Positions 27,742 to 36,735 of a DNA stretch of 64,000 bases are shown here, piece by piece. Under the pieces are notes generated by a model. It saw only the letters and a list, made by a program, of their open reading frames with translations, was not told where the DNA came from and made no database searches. Where the stretch lies: assembly GCA_001798595.1 (NCBI GenBank), contig MGSS01000144.1, forward strand, positions 14,032 to 78,031, written 5' to 3'. Made by a program: the position numbers and the translations under genes. Position 1 is the stretch's first letter, and each line of letters opens with the position of its first letter. This stretch comes from Deltaproteobacteria bacterium RIFCSPLOWO2_12_FULL_60_19 (GTDB lineage: Bacteria; Desulfobacterota; Binatia; UBA9968).

Positions 27742-28813
27742 CGTAGGGGGTCAGACATTTAATTATTTATTTTCTTCGTCTTGCGTTCCTCAGACCCTCT
27801 GTCAAATCCTCCACGCTTTGTCTCAAACCAGCTTCTTTCGTCATTCGCTCTCTCAATCCCTTTAGGCCCAGGCTCAGGGAGACTTGGTCTCGGCCATATC
27901 GCTTGGCCACATCACTAAGCTTTATCCCTCCCAGTTCCTGCCCCAGGTAGGCTACAACCATCCTGCCAAACGATCCGCGACGGTCCTTGCTCTTGGAGCG
28001 CAGGAGCTCGGGGGATAGCCCGTAGCGACCACACGCCGCTTCCTCGATGTCCGCAAGGTCGATTCGGATTGCCTGAGACGGTTCCTTTTCTATCCTACTA
28101 CTTACCCGCTCCACAAACTGCTCATCTCCCAAATACCGCTGCTCCTTAGTGGCGTAGAGATCCTCCCGATGTCCCTCAGATATGCCCTCCAATACAAATT
28201 CCTTGTATCTCCTTACCGCCTGCGAGCGCCTGGGTGAAAACTGGCTCAAAATCAAATCGGTCTCGATATCTACCTCAACCTTCAAGGGCTTACCCAAATA
28301 ACGACGGTGGCTGCTCCACGGATACTCTGATGGCTCCTTCACAAGCTTGGAGCGAACCGGATTCAAATGCAGATAGCGCACTAACTCCAGCAGATAGGAG
28401 TCCCGGTCGCAGAGAATCGCCTTGTAGCGGCCCTGAAAGAGGTGGCCCACCAGCCCGTATTTGCGGTTGAAATAGAGCGTGTAGCTCTGCTGCAGCCCCT
28501 GCATGACCTTGGCCAGCGGCGTCAGGCACGCTTCGACGAGCAAGTGAACGTGATTGGCCATTAACACGTAGGCGTACAGCCGAAAACGATACCGTTTCTG
28601 ATACCGGCTGAGCAACTCAAGGTAGCGGGCGCGGTCAAGATCGGAACGAAAGATCTTCTGGCGCTGATTGCCGCGAGCAATCACATGGTAGAGGCCGCCA
28701 GGGAAGTGGACTCGGGGCTTTCGTGCCATGGCTTGGGCCATACCACGAGGCAAGCGTACGATGCAAGAATTAAATAATTAAATGTCTGACCCCTACGATG
28801 TCTGACCCCTACG
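27742..28813. mobile_element. REPtron-like unit: a Y1 (HUH) transposase gene bracketed by ~27-bp inverted REP-like repeats starting GTAG, with a tandem 16-bp copy at the right end
   Basis: Left repeat CGTAGGGGGTCAGACATTTAATTATTTA (27742-27769). The right repeat (28771-28797) is its reverse complement with one G fewer. A second tandem ATGTCTGACCCCTACG copy lies at 28798-28813. Confidence 0.6.
27767..28753 (-). CDS. IS200-like/REP-associated tyrosine (Y1) transposase with C-terminal HTH extension
   Basis: HUH motif ANHVHLL, and catalytic Tyr region GRYKAILCDRDSYLLELVRYLHLNP. It is 328 aa and paralogous to 31822-32682. Confidence 0.8.
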   Translation of the reverse strand: MPRGMAQAMARKPRVHFPGGLYHVIARGNQRQKIFRSDLDRARYLELLSRYQKRYRFRLYAYVLMANHVHLLVEACLTPLAKVMQGLQQSYTLYFNRKYGLVGHLFQGRYKAILCDRDSYLLELVRYLHLNPVRSKLVKEPSEYPWSSHRRYLGKPLKVEVDIETDLILSQFSPRRSQAVRRYKEFVLEGISEGHREDLYATKEQRYLGDEQFVERVSSRIEKEPSQAIRIDLADIEEAACGRYGLSPELLRSKSKDRRGSFGRMVVAYLGQELGGIKLSDVAKRYGRDQVSLSLGLKGLRERMTKEAGLRQSVEDLTEGLRNARRRK

Positions 28814-29193
28814 ACGCGATCCTGCCGGTGATGGTCAACACTTATTATCCGCCGGCGCCTTCGGCCACAAGGTGTGCGCAGTTCGGCAAGGCCGTGGCCG
28901 CCGCAATCCGTGCTTTCCCCCAATCGCGGCGCGTCGTCGTCGGCTCGGGCGGACTCAGTCACACGAAGATCGACGAGGGACTGGATGCCGATCTGATCAG
29001 GGCGCTCACGAAAAACGATCAGAAGTTTCTTCAGACGATGGAATCTTCGGCCCTGGTGGAAGGCACCTCGGAGATCCGCAACTGGATCGTGACCGCGGCG
29101 GCGGCCGACCGGCCCGCGACGATCGTCGATTACCCGCCGCTTTACCGGACGCCGAACGGCGTCGGCTGCGCCATGGGATTCGCGTCCTGGTAG
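28814..29193 (+). pseudogene. 3' fragment of a LigB-type (class III) extradiol ring-cleavage dioxygenase gene, truncated at the repeat boundary
   Basis: The ORF body (AILPVMVNTYYPPAPS...SGGLSHT...) corresponds to the middle and C-terminal part of LigB-family enzymes. Its first five codons (MSDPY) are supplied by the tandem REP copy. No N-terminal half is present on either side. Confidence 0.5.
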
Positions 29194-29212
29194 TAGGGGA
29201 AAGGCAGTCGGA

Positions 29213-30259
29213 TCAACGACCGCTTAGAAAAATTTCCCTGAATTCCTGGCTATACCGGTCGAATTTTTCCGACATTTCGGGACTGATGACCACGATCTTA
29301 AGCTTGGCCGGGTCGAGCTTGGGACTTTTCGGTTTGATACCCGTCCGAGCGGGAACACGGTTCATAGTAACGAGCAGCTTCTGCGCTTCTTCGGAGAGAA
29401 AGAAATCGATAAAAAGCTTAGCGGCGTTGGGATGGGGCGCCTTGGAAAGCAGGTACAATCCCACAAGCGAAGTCGCGATCGGGTCCACACTGCTTTCCCA
29501 GTCGATGGGCGCTTTCTTATCGTTCTTGAGAGTCTCGACGGTGGCGGCCAGCACGACACCCGCCGCCACTTCCCCGGCGGCGGTAAACTCCGAAATCAGA
29601 CCGTAGCTTCCCTTGATCATACGCGGGTTTTGCGCGGCCAGTTTGCGCATGAAGCTGCGGCCTTTTTCCTCCCCCATGTAATCGATCATCGTTCCGAACC
29701 ATCGGACGGTATCGTCCTTTATGCCAATAAGCTGGCCTTTCCAGCGCGGATGCAAAAGATCGTCGTAGGCCTTGGGCGCATCGACGGGTTTCACCATTCG
29801 GGTGTTATACGCGATCACGTAGAAATTGGGATAATTTCCGACCCACAACCCGTTGGGATCTTTGAACTCCGGCGGAATGAACCTGGCTTCGGGAGACCGG
29901 TAGGGCTCGAAAAAACCTTTTTTTTGGAAGAAATAGGTTTCCACAATGTTCGACTCGATTACGTCGGCCAGATACTTCCCCGCACGCTGTTCAGACGCCA
30001 GGCGGTTGAGCAGACCTTGACTTCCAGCGCGGTAGAAGTCCACCTTTAAAAACGGATATTTTTTTTCGAACGCGTCGACTATCTTTCTTCCGTCGGTTAC
30101 ATTCATCGTGCCGTACCAACCGACGCTTCCGTCCTTTTTCGCAGCTTCGATCAGCGATGCTTGCGGGCCGGCTTCCGCCCCATTTGCGCGCGCGGAGTAA
30201 CAGAAAATCGCGAGGAAAAGAGCCACCCCGAGCGTTCTACCTTTGCTTCCCGTCATCAC
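29213..30259 (-). CDS. Orphan periplasmic solute-binding protein (family 1, Fe3+/AfuA-like), paralogue of 26588-27712
   Basis: Has a signal peptide and QRAGKYLADV. No cognate permease or ATPase genes are adjacent. Confidence 0.7.
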   Translation of the reverse strand: MMTGSKGRTLGVALFLAIFCYSARANGAEAGPQASLIEAAKKDGSVGWYGTMNVTDGRKIVDAFEKKYPFLKVDFYRAGSQGLLNRLASEQRAGKYLADVIESNIVETYFFQKKGFFEPYRSPEARFIPPEFKDPNGLWVGNYPNFYVIAYNTRMVKPVDAPKAYDDLLHPRWKGQLIGIKDDTVRWFGTMIDYMGEEKGRSFMRKLAAQNPRMIKGSYGLISEFTAAGEVAAGVVLAATVETLKNDKKAPIDWESSVDPIATSLVGLYLLSKAPHPNAAKLFIDFFLSEEAQKLLVTMNRVPARTGIKPKSPKLDPAKLKIVVISPEMSEKFDRYSQEFREIFLSGR

Positions 30260-30290
30260 TTACCTATCCTTATGAAATAAAATTTATGGT

Positions 30291-31397
30291 TCAGGTATTT
30301 GTCGTTTGCGTCAGCCATTCGGTCGGGATTTGCTTACCGATCTTCTTTTGGACGGCAAGCTCATAGACTCTGGCCCCGACCGCCGCGAACTGCAGGCCCA
30401 AACCTTGCACGTTCATAAAGAAAGTGATCTGTGAGTCATCGATCCTGGTAGGCGATGACCCGGTCAGAATGTCTTCGAGAAGAGGTATCTTATCAATGTC
30501 CAAGCGGGAAAGGACATGGGATTCCCAGTCATATTCCGAGGCGACGTACGGATTGCCGTGAACGAGCTTGCCGAATTGCCCTTCGCCCGCGATATGCGTG
30601 CGGTACCGCTCTCTGGAATGGATTGCCATTACGTCGGGCCTGGATAGGGCATCACCGTCGACCTCGTAGGGCCCGATGGAACCGAAGTGGGTCCCTTGCC
30701 GTAGGTACTTGCCGCGAATAATCGGTTCCTTCGCGTTTGTCGCCGCCATGAGCAGATCCGCATCAAACAGTTCGACCGGATCATCGACGGCCCGCGTGTG
30801 GACGCCGGTTCTCTCGCTCATCCTTTCGGCGAATTCCTTCCGGTGAGCGGGATTAGGGCTGTGAATCATTATCTCCTCGAGCGGGAATATTGCGCAGAAC
30901 GCATCGATATGGGCGCTGGCTTGCCACCCCGATCCGAATAGCCCCATGCGCCGGGAGTCCTTGCGCGCCATGTATTTCGCCCCAATGGCACTGGTGGCGG
31001 CGACCCGGATCTTTTGAATATAGGAATCCGGAAAGATGGCGAGCGGCTCGCATGTTTCGAAGCTGAAAAGCTGGACTAGGCCAAGAAGCCTGCCGCCAGG
31101 CCCGCGCACATAATCCGCGCGTAACGAGCCGTACTCTCGTAGCCATTGCTGGATCGTGGCGCTACACCGCAGAGCCACTATTCCCCGCTTCGGGAGGATC
31201 CCTACCATTGTCTTAAATTCAAATTCTTTAAGTTGATTGTCTTTCGCGATAGGAACTTCGGTGTCCATGCGGAGCTGACTGATCGCTCTTCCGGCCGCCT
31301 GCTCTCGATAAGCGTCTTCTAGGACGTCAATACAGTCCTTAATGTCCAGAAGTTCTTCGACTTCCTCATTGCTGAGAATGAGTGTCATGCAAAGCAT
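30291..31397 (-). CDS. Ornithine cyclodeaminase/mu-crystallin family protein
   Basis: Rossmann motif GLFGSGWQASAH and an OCD-family N-terminal domain. The start is 31397 or 31388. Confidence 0.75.
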   Translation of the reverse strand: MLCMTLILSNEEVEELLDIKDCIDVLEDAYREQAAGRAISQLRMDTEVPIAKDNQLKEFEFKTMVGILPKRGIVALRCSATIQQWLREYGSLRADYVRGPGGRLLGLVQLFSFETCEPLAIFPDSYIQKIRVAATSAIGAKYMARKDSRRMGLFGSGWQASAHIDAFCAIFPLEEIMIHSPNPAHRKEFAERMSERTGVHTRAVDDPVELFDADLLMAATNAKEPIIRGKYLRQGTHFGSIGPYEVDGDALSRPDVMAIHSRERYRTHIAGEGQFGKLVHGNPYVASEYDWESHVLSRLDIDKIPLLEDILTGSSPTRIDDSQITFFMNVQGLGLQFAAVGARVYELAVQKKIGKQIPTEWLTQTTNT

Positions 31398-31816
31398 CTC
31401 CTCCCTGCAGCGGCGCGCTGGGATTTATCCCGACGCTGTCCATAAGCTCAACTTGAATGCTTTGTACCTCAAGCAGAAATGAATGTCTAGTTCGGCGATC
31501 TGCCGATGCTTCGTTGCTATGAAGTCGAACGGCTCCAGTCCGCTGATAGGCGGAGCGCGAGCGACGCCTAGCGGCGGGAGTCTCCATCCCGCGCCGCTAC
31601 AAGCGGATGGGCTTTGCCCAAGCGAGCGACTCTTCCACTGAGCCAAACTGTTTCAATCTTCCTGCTTTCGCTTCAAACATCTCAGTAATACCAGGGATCG
31701 CGACCGATTCGCCATTCATTTTGCCACTGATCAGCAGCTTGGGCTTGTGCGTTGCCGAGCGCCGTATTGTCTCGTTTAAATGGAAGAGAGTCGGGACAAC
31801 CTTGTCATATTGCTTT

Positions 31817-32737
31817 AGGGGTCAGGTCTTGCTTCTTGTATCAGGCCTGTTTGCCAACCGGCTTACGGTAGCGTAGTGCAGGTCCAGAACATCCGCGACG
31901 TCACTCTGGCTGTACCCGTAACGATGCACCGCACGGACAACCAGGGCGTCTCGCCTGGCCTTGGTTAGCTTCCCTTCAAACAGGCTCTTGAGTGTCGGCC
32001 GGCTTAAGTATCTCTGGCTCCTAGGAATCTCTGTGACGGCCTCGTAACCTTTTACATACCCCCTGAGCCTCTCTACAAAGTCCTCTTCCCCCAACAATAC
32101 CTGGGCTTGCATCTTCTCCCAGATCGACGGCCGATCGATCCCTTCTCTGACAAATCGACGGTAGTGTCTAGCGGCCGAGTATCTTCTCTTACCAAACTGA
32201 CTCAACACCCAATCGACGGAGAGCCACGGGAGGTGCTTTTCCAGCCCTGCTGTAGCCCCGTAACTGCTCCACTTCCATTGCTCGACTCTCTTTACGGCCT
32301 TGGCCCTGACGGGGTTTAGCGCCACGTAGCGACAGACTTCCAAAAGGTGGCTGTCTTTTTGTATCAGCACGGCCTTGTAGCGGCCTTGAAACAGATGCCC
32401 TACCGTTCGGTGGCGTCGATTATAGAGTTGGGTGTAGACGCCGTTGAGCTGGCGCATCCCCTTGGAGAGATTAGCCTCCGGTGTTTCAATCACCAGGTGA
32501 TAGTGGTTATCCATCAGACAGTAGGCGTGGCAGAGCCAGTTAAAGCGGTTGACGACCTTGCCCAGGACCTCCAGGAAGGCTTTGCGGTCCCCATCGTCAT
32601 CGAAGATGTCCTCTCGGGCGTTGCCCCGGGAGGTCACATGGTAGACCGCACCGTCAAATTCCACTCGGAGAGGACGAGCCATGATTCACGGAACTATCAA
32701 GATAAGCCATCGATAGCAAGAAACAAGACCTGACCCC
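31817..32737. mobile_element. Second REPtron-like unit: Y1 transposase gene bracketed by 21-bp inverted repeats GGGGTCAGGTCTTG(C/T)TTCTTG
   Basis: The left repeat (31817-31837) and right repeat (32717-32737, reverse complement) have 1 mismatch. They share the GGGGTCAG core with the first unit. Confidence 0.55.
31822..32682 (-). CDS. IS200-like/REP-associated tyrosine (Y1) transposase paralogue
   Basis: HUH motif DNHYHLV and catalytic Tyr region GRYKAVLIQKDSHLLEVCRYVALNP. It is 286 aa. Confidence 0.8.
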   Translation of the reverse strand: MARPLRVEFDGAVYHVTSRGNAREDIFDDDGDRKAFLEVLGKVVNRFNWLCHAYCLMDNHYHLVIETPEANLSKGMRQLNGVYTQLYNRRHRTVGHLFQGRYKAVLIQKDSHLLEVCRYVALNPVRAKAVKRVEQWKWSSYGATAGLEKHLPWLSVDWVLSQFGKRRYSAARHYRRFVREGIDRPSIWEKMQAQVLLGEEDFVERLRGYVKGYEAVTEIPRSQRYLSRPTLKSLFEGKLTKARRDALVVRAVHRYGYSQSDVADVLDLHYATVSRLANRPDTRSKT

Positions 32738-32774
32738 GACATGTGTTGGAGCGGGGCATGCAAGAGAAAAGGCG

Positions 32775-32813
32775 CGCAAAAAACGAAGGGCCGCCTGTTT
32801 AGACGGCCCTTCG
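32775..32813 (-). terminator. Rho-independent terminator downstream of the Kelch/PKD gene
   Basis: On the minus strand: CGAAGGGCCG-tctaaacag-CGGCCCTTCG followed by TTTTTTG. Confidence 0.6.
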
Positions 32814-32838
32814 TGGTCCAGCAACCGGGAATCCGCGA

Positions 32839-34983
32839 CTACGGCAGCGTTGAGTTGTAGAGCTGCCCGTCATCAACGGCAGAGCTACCCGGTTTCATGC
32901 TCTTCGGCACACTCACCTCGACCGATCCGGCGCAGCTTCCGCCCTGGCCGTCGTCTGCCGTGAAGCCAACGCGATAGACCCGGCCGTTGCTATTGCCGGA
33001 GCGCTCCGCCCTGAGCAGCACGGTGCTTCCCTGGATTACTGCATCCGGGCTGGTGTCGCCGTCGCCCAGACCGTTCACCCGCTCATCCTGGGTTACGCCT
33101 GTTATGGTGATTGTCACGCCGTCATTGTTCGGATCGCTGACGCCTACGATCCCGACCGACACCAGCTTGTGGTTCGGCGGCCAGAGCCGCGATGGACTAG
33201 CCTGCGCAAGTTGGCAGATCGGAGGATCATTGACGTTCTGAACGGTAATGCTGACCCACTCATCGGGCTCGCCAGCCGCAGGATTGTTGCTCAACTGACC
33301 GTCGCTTACGCTAAGTTTAAACACCAGCGTATCCCCGCCGGGTCCCACCGGAGGCGCTGTGAAGCTAGGCGTCGCTGTGTCAGCCCCAGTTAGAGTCACC
33401 AGTGTCCCGCCGGTTTGTACCCAGCTGTATGTAATCGCATCCCCGTCCGGGTCGCTGCTGGCGGTACCATTCAGTGTCACCAGCGCCCCTTCGTCCTTCG
33501 TCTGGTCAGCACCGGCGTTAGCGACGGGCGCATGGTTTACCTGCTCGACGGTTACCTGGACCGTATCCGTGTCGAAGAGATAGCCGTCGGAGACAGTCAA
33601 CTCGAAGGTCAAAATCTCGAACCCGCCGACACCGCCGGGAATGAGCGGGGCCGTGAAGCTAGGCGTTGCAGTGTCGGGCCCAGTGAGAGTTACCAGCGTC
33701 CCGCCGGTTTGCACCCAGCTGTACGTGATAGCATCGAGATCCGGGTCGAAGCTGGCGCTGCCGTCGAGCATTACCGGCGCATCCTCGTTGACCGTTTGGT
33801 CACCGCCGGCATGCGCCTCCGGCGCGAGATTCACATTACCGACGGGGATTCCGTTCGCATCAGTCAGCACCCAGACGTCGTTCAGGGCGAAGAACTCAGC
33901 TCCAGAGCAACCGCCGCTGCAGCTGCGTCCTGCGAACATGACCATCCGGTTCGTCGCCGGGTTATAGACGGCGGTAGGGGAGCTTCGCCCGCGGGGTGGC
34001 CCGCCGGTGGGAAAAAGCTGCGTCCAATTTGGGGTACCTCCTAGTCCGTTGGCAACCTCAAGGACCCACACATCGTTAAGATTGCCCGCAACGTTTCGGT
34101 CGCCACCGAAGACCGTCATCCGGTTCGTCGCCTGGTCGTAAACCGCCGTGTGCATCGAGCGCGAGGGAGGGGGCCCACCGGTGGGGAAAAGCTGGGTCCA
34201 GGTGGGCGACCCCAATCCGTTGGCGTTCTGCAACACCCAGACATCGTCGGACGGACACGGCCCCCCGTCTACGCACCCCGAAAACACGATCATCCTGTTG
34301 TTTGTCGCATCATAGACCGCTATGTGTTCCGACCTTGCAGACGGCGGCCCGCCGGTGGGGAAAAGCTGGGTCCAGGTGGGCGACCCCAATCCGTTGGCGT
34401 TCTGCAACACCCAGACAGCGTTACTGTTGGCGCTGCAAGCGTTGCTCCTGCCGCCGAAGACGACCATGCGGTTCATAGCGGCATCGTAGACGGCCGTGGG
34501 TCCTTGACGAAGGTTGGGTGGCCCACCGGTGGGGCTGAGTTGCGACCAATTGGGCGTTCCGCCTGTCCCATCGGCGTTGGTAAGTACCCAGACATCATTG
34601 ACCGCACCAAAACAAGAACCAATGTTGGGATCTCCGGCAAACACAATCATGCGGTTGTTCACCACATCGTACACAGCACTATGGTAGCCCCGGGCACTTG
34701 GTGGCCCGCCAGTGGGGAAAAGCTGCGTCCAGGTGGGCGTCCCTCCCAATCCGTCGGCATTGGTCAGCACCCAGACATCGTTGAACAGAGGGTGCCCTGT
34801 AATCACTCCAGGGCCATTCATTCCCCCGAACACGATCATACGGTTATTGGTCGAGTTGAAGACCGCGGTATGGAGAACCCTTACGCCTGGTGGGCCGCCG
34901 ATCGGGCTAAGCTGCGTCCATGTCTGCGCCGCCGCCTGGCCGACCAGGGCGAAGACGAGAAGAAGGATTACCCCCCCCCCCAA
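32839..34983 (-). CDS. Secreted multi-domain protein: N-terminal Kelch-type beta-propeller (6-7 blades) plus two C-terminal PKD/Ig-like domains
   Basis: Repeated TW(T/S)QL..GGPP..R..H.AVYD...NRMIVFGG blades, then a duplicated D.DGD.ITYSWVQTGGTLVTLTG module. In the sequence as given, the TTG start sits inside a G11 tract. An in-frame ATG plus signal peptide is reached only with a G10 tract (see findings). Confidence 0.7.
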   Translation of the reverse strand: MGGGVILLLVFALVGQAAAQTWTQLSPIGGPPGVRVLHTAVFNSTNNRMIVFGGMNGPGVITGHPLFNDVWVLTNADGLGGTPTWTQLFPTGGPPSARGYHSAVYDVVNNRMIVFAGDPNIGSCFGAVNDVWVLTNADGTGGTPNWSQLSPTGGPPNLRQGPTAVYDAAMNRMVVFGGRSNACSANSNAVWVLQNANGLGSPTWTQLFPTGGPPSARSEHIAVYDATNNRMIVFSGCVDGGPCPSDDVWVLQNANGLGSPTWTQLFPTGGPPPSRSMHTAVYDQATNRMTVFGGDRNVAGNLNDVWVLEVANGLGGTPNWTQLFPTGGPPRGRSSPTAVYNPATNRMVMFAGRSCSGGCSGAEFFALNDVWVLTDANGIPVGNVNLAPEAHAGGDQTVNEDAPVMLDGSASFDPDLDAITYSWVQTGGTLVTLTGPDTATPSFTAPLIPGGVGGFEILTFELTVSDGYLFDTDTVQVTVEQVNHAPVANAGADQTKDEGALVTLNGTASSDPDGDAITYSWVQTGGTLVTLTGADTATPSFTAPPVGPGGDTLVFKLSVSDGQLSNNPAAGEPDEWVSITVQNVNDPPICQLAQASPSRLWPPNHKLVSVGIVGVSDPNNDGVTITITGVTQDERVNGLGDGDTSPDAVIQGSTVLLRAERSGNSNGRVYRVGFTADDGQGGSCAGSVEVSVPKSMKPGSSAVDDGQLYNSTLP
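34971..34981. repeat. Homopolymeric tract C11 (G11 on the coding strand) at the 5' end of the Kelch/PKD gene
   Basis: Direct reading: 11 consecutive C residues. Confidence 0.9.
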
Positions 34984-35049
34984 GTAACGGTTTGAACATT
35001 CGGCTTGTGTTTTTCATGACGCTGCTGTCCTTTCCGCCCATTTTAGGCA

Positions 35050-36162
35050 ATGGCAGATAACTATGAGGTGCCCCGCTCTAGCAGTGGGCAAAGAGGTTGT
35101 CAAGTTCTTAGTCGGGATTTTTTTCCTGGCTTGATCTGGCGGATTTTTGATGTTATCGGGAACGACGTGCGGATCGATATTGAATTCAATTCCGGCGCGC
35201 AACTCCCTATGGACGCGATTCCGGAGCTGGCGCGGTTGGCGGAAGAGCATGGCTTTGGCTGCGCGTGGGGCGGAGAGGCGAATAATAAAGATCCGACGGT
35301 GATGTTGTCGGCCATTGCCGCGGTCACCAGGCGCCTTCAGGTCGGATCGGCGGTCTATCACATTCTCGGCCGGACGCCGGCGACGCTGGCTTTGCAGGCA
35401 GCGGGGCTCGATGAATTGTCCGGCGGTCGATTTCTGCTCGGACTCGGCGTCTCGAATCCGACCATAGCCAGATGGCACGGCGTGCCGAACGATCATCCTC
35501 TCGGCCGCGTCAAAGAGTATCTCGATATCGTGCGACTGGCGATGAGCGGCGAGAAGCTCAATTTTGAGGGCAAATATTTCTCGTCGCAGGCGTTCAAGAT
35601 GGCCTTCAAGCCGTCGGGCAGGAAGGTTCCGATCTACCTCGCGGCCTTCGGCCCGAAGATGAGCCGGTTGGCGGGCGCGGCGACCGACGGCGTCATGATC
35701 AACATGGCCAATCCGGGAGAGATGCGCCGCATCGTGGAAGATGTCCGGCAGGGCGCCGATGAGGCCGGCAAAAACTTCAAGGAACTGGAAATCATCTGCA
35801 AGATACGCTGTTCCGTGGCGAAGGACTATGCCACCGCGCGCGAGGCGCTGAGCCACGCGCTGACTTACTATGCGCTGGCCGACTATTATCGTGTTCTTTT
35901 GACGCGGATGGGATTCGGCGCCGAGGTCGAGGCGATGCGCGCGGCGTGGCACTCCGGCGGCTTTCACGCGGCGAGGGCTCTGGTTTCGGACCGGCTGTTC
36001 GCCGGCCTGCCGCTGGTGCCCGCGACCTCCGTGGAAGAGATCAAGGAAAAGATCGAGCCGTATCGGGACGCCGGTGCGACGCGGATTATTCTCCCGTACG
36101 TGGCGTCGTCGGGAGAAACCGAGATGGTCGACGAGTTGAGAGAGTTTATCAACGCGTGGTGA
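35050..36162 (+). CDS. LLM-class (luciferase-like) flavin/F420-dependent oxidoreductase
   Basis: TIM-barrel LLM signatures (RIDIEFNSG...ELARLAEEHGFGCAWGGE...GLGVSNP). The start is uncertain; a GTG at 35167 is an alternative. Confidence 0.75.
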   Translation: MADNYEVPRSSSGQRGCQVLSRDFFPGLIWRIFDVIGNDVRIDIEFNSGAQLPMDAIPELARLAEEHGFGCAWGGEANNKDPTVMLSAIAAVTRRLQVGSAVYHILGRTPATLALQAAGLDELSGGRFLLGLGVSNPTIARWHGVPNDHPLGRVKEYLDIVRLAMSGEKLNFEGKYFSSQAFKMAFKPSGRKVPIYLAAFGPKMSRLAGAATDGVMINMANPGEMRRIVEDVRQGADEAGKNFKELEIICKIRCSVAKDYATAREALSHALTYYALADYYRVLLTRMGFGAEVEAMRAAWHSGGFHAARALVSDRLFAGLPLVPATSVEEIKEKIEPYRDAGATRIILPYVASSGETEMVDELREFINAW

Positions 36163-36190
36163 AGCAGCGGGTTGAATCGTGTACCGTGCC

Positions 36191-36267
36191 GTCATTCCGG
36201 CCAAGCTCGCGGTAGCGGGCGCGAGCCGGAACCCAGAAAGACTGGATTCCCGCTTTCGCGGGAAAGA
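36191..36267 (+). repeat. Structured ~80-nt intergenic repeat, copy A, ending in terminator-like hairpin TTCCCGC-tttc-GCGGGAA
   Basis: GTCATTCCGGCCAA...GAGCCGGAA(C/T)CCAG...CTGGATTCCCGCTTTCGCGGGA. Lies just downstream of the LLM gene stop. Confidence 0.6.
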
Positions 36268-36300
36268 CGCAAGGAGCAGAGCGTCAATTGAGAGGTTGCT

Positions 36301-36702
36301 ATGCCGTTTGAGTTGCTGAATCCGCAGGGATTGGAAAAACCGGTCGGTTATGCGCATGTCGCAAAGATCACGGGCGGGAAAATCGTTTACGTCGCTGGGC
36401 AGGCGCCGTTCGATGCCGATGGAGCGGTGGTGGGGAAGGGCGATTTTGCCCGCCAGTTTCGTCAGGTCATACACAATCTGAAGCTCGCGGTCGAGGGCGT
36501 GGGCGGGAGGCCGAATCAGTTTGCCGTGCTGACCATGTACTTGACCGACCTTCCGGCCTATCTTGCCGCCAAGAAAGAAATCGGCGCCGCCTATCGCGAA
36601 GTCTTCGGCAAATATTTCCCGGCGATCACGCTCGTCGAGGTCAAGAGCCTCTATCATGCGGACTGTATGGTCGAGATCTCGGGCGTCGCGGTAATTGACT
36701 AG
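36301..36702 (+). CDS. ridA: RidA/YjgF family reactive-intermediate deaminase
   Basis: 133 aa with a YjgF/chorismate-mutase-like fold pattern (GKIVYVAGQ...TMYLTDL...AITLVEV). Confidence 0.85.
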   Translation: MPFELLNPQGLEKPVGYAHVAKITGGKIVYVAGQAPFDADGAVVGKGDFARQFRQVIHNLKLAVEGVGGRPNQFAVLTMYLTDLPAYLAAKKEIGAAYREVFGKYFPAITLVEVKSLYHADCMVEISGVAVID

Positions 36703-36735
36703 CAGGCCGTTTCTAAATCCGTGAAATTTTTTGAA

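Noticed and set aside
33415-34995. Several 200-280-aa plus-strand ORFs
   Set aside because: All are antisense to the Kelch/PKD gene, and their internal repeats simply mirror the propeller repeats on the other strand.
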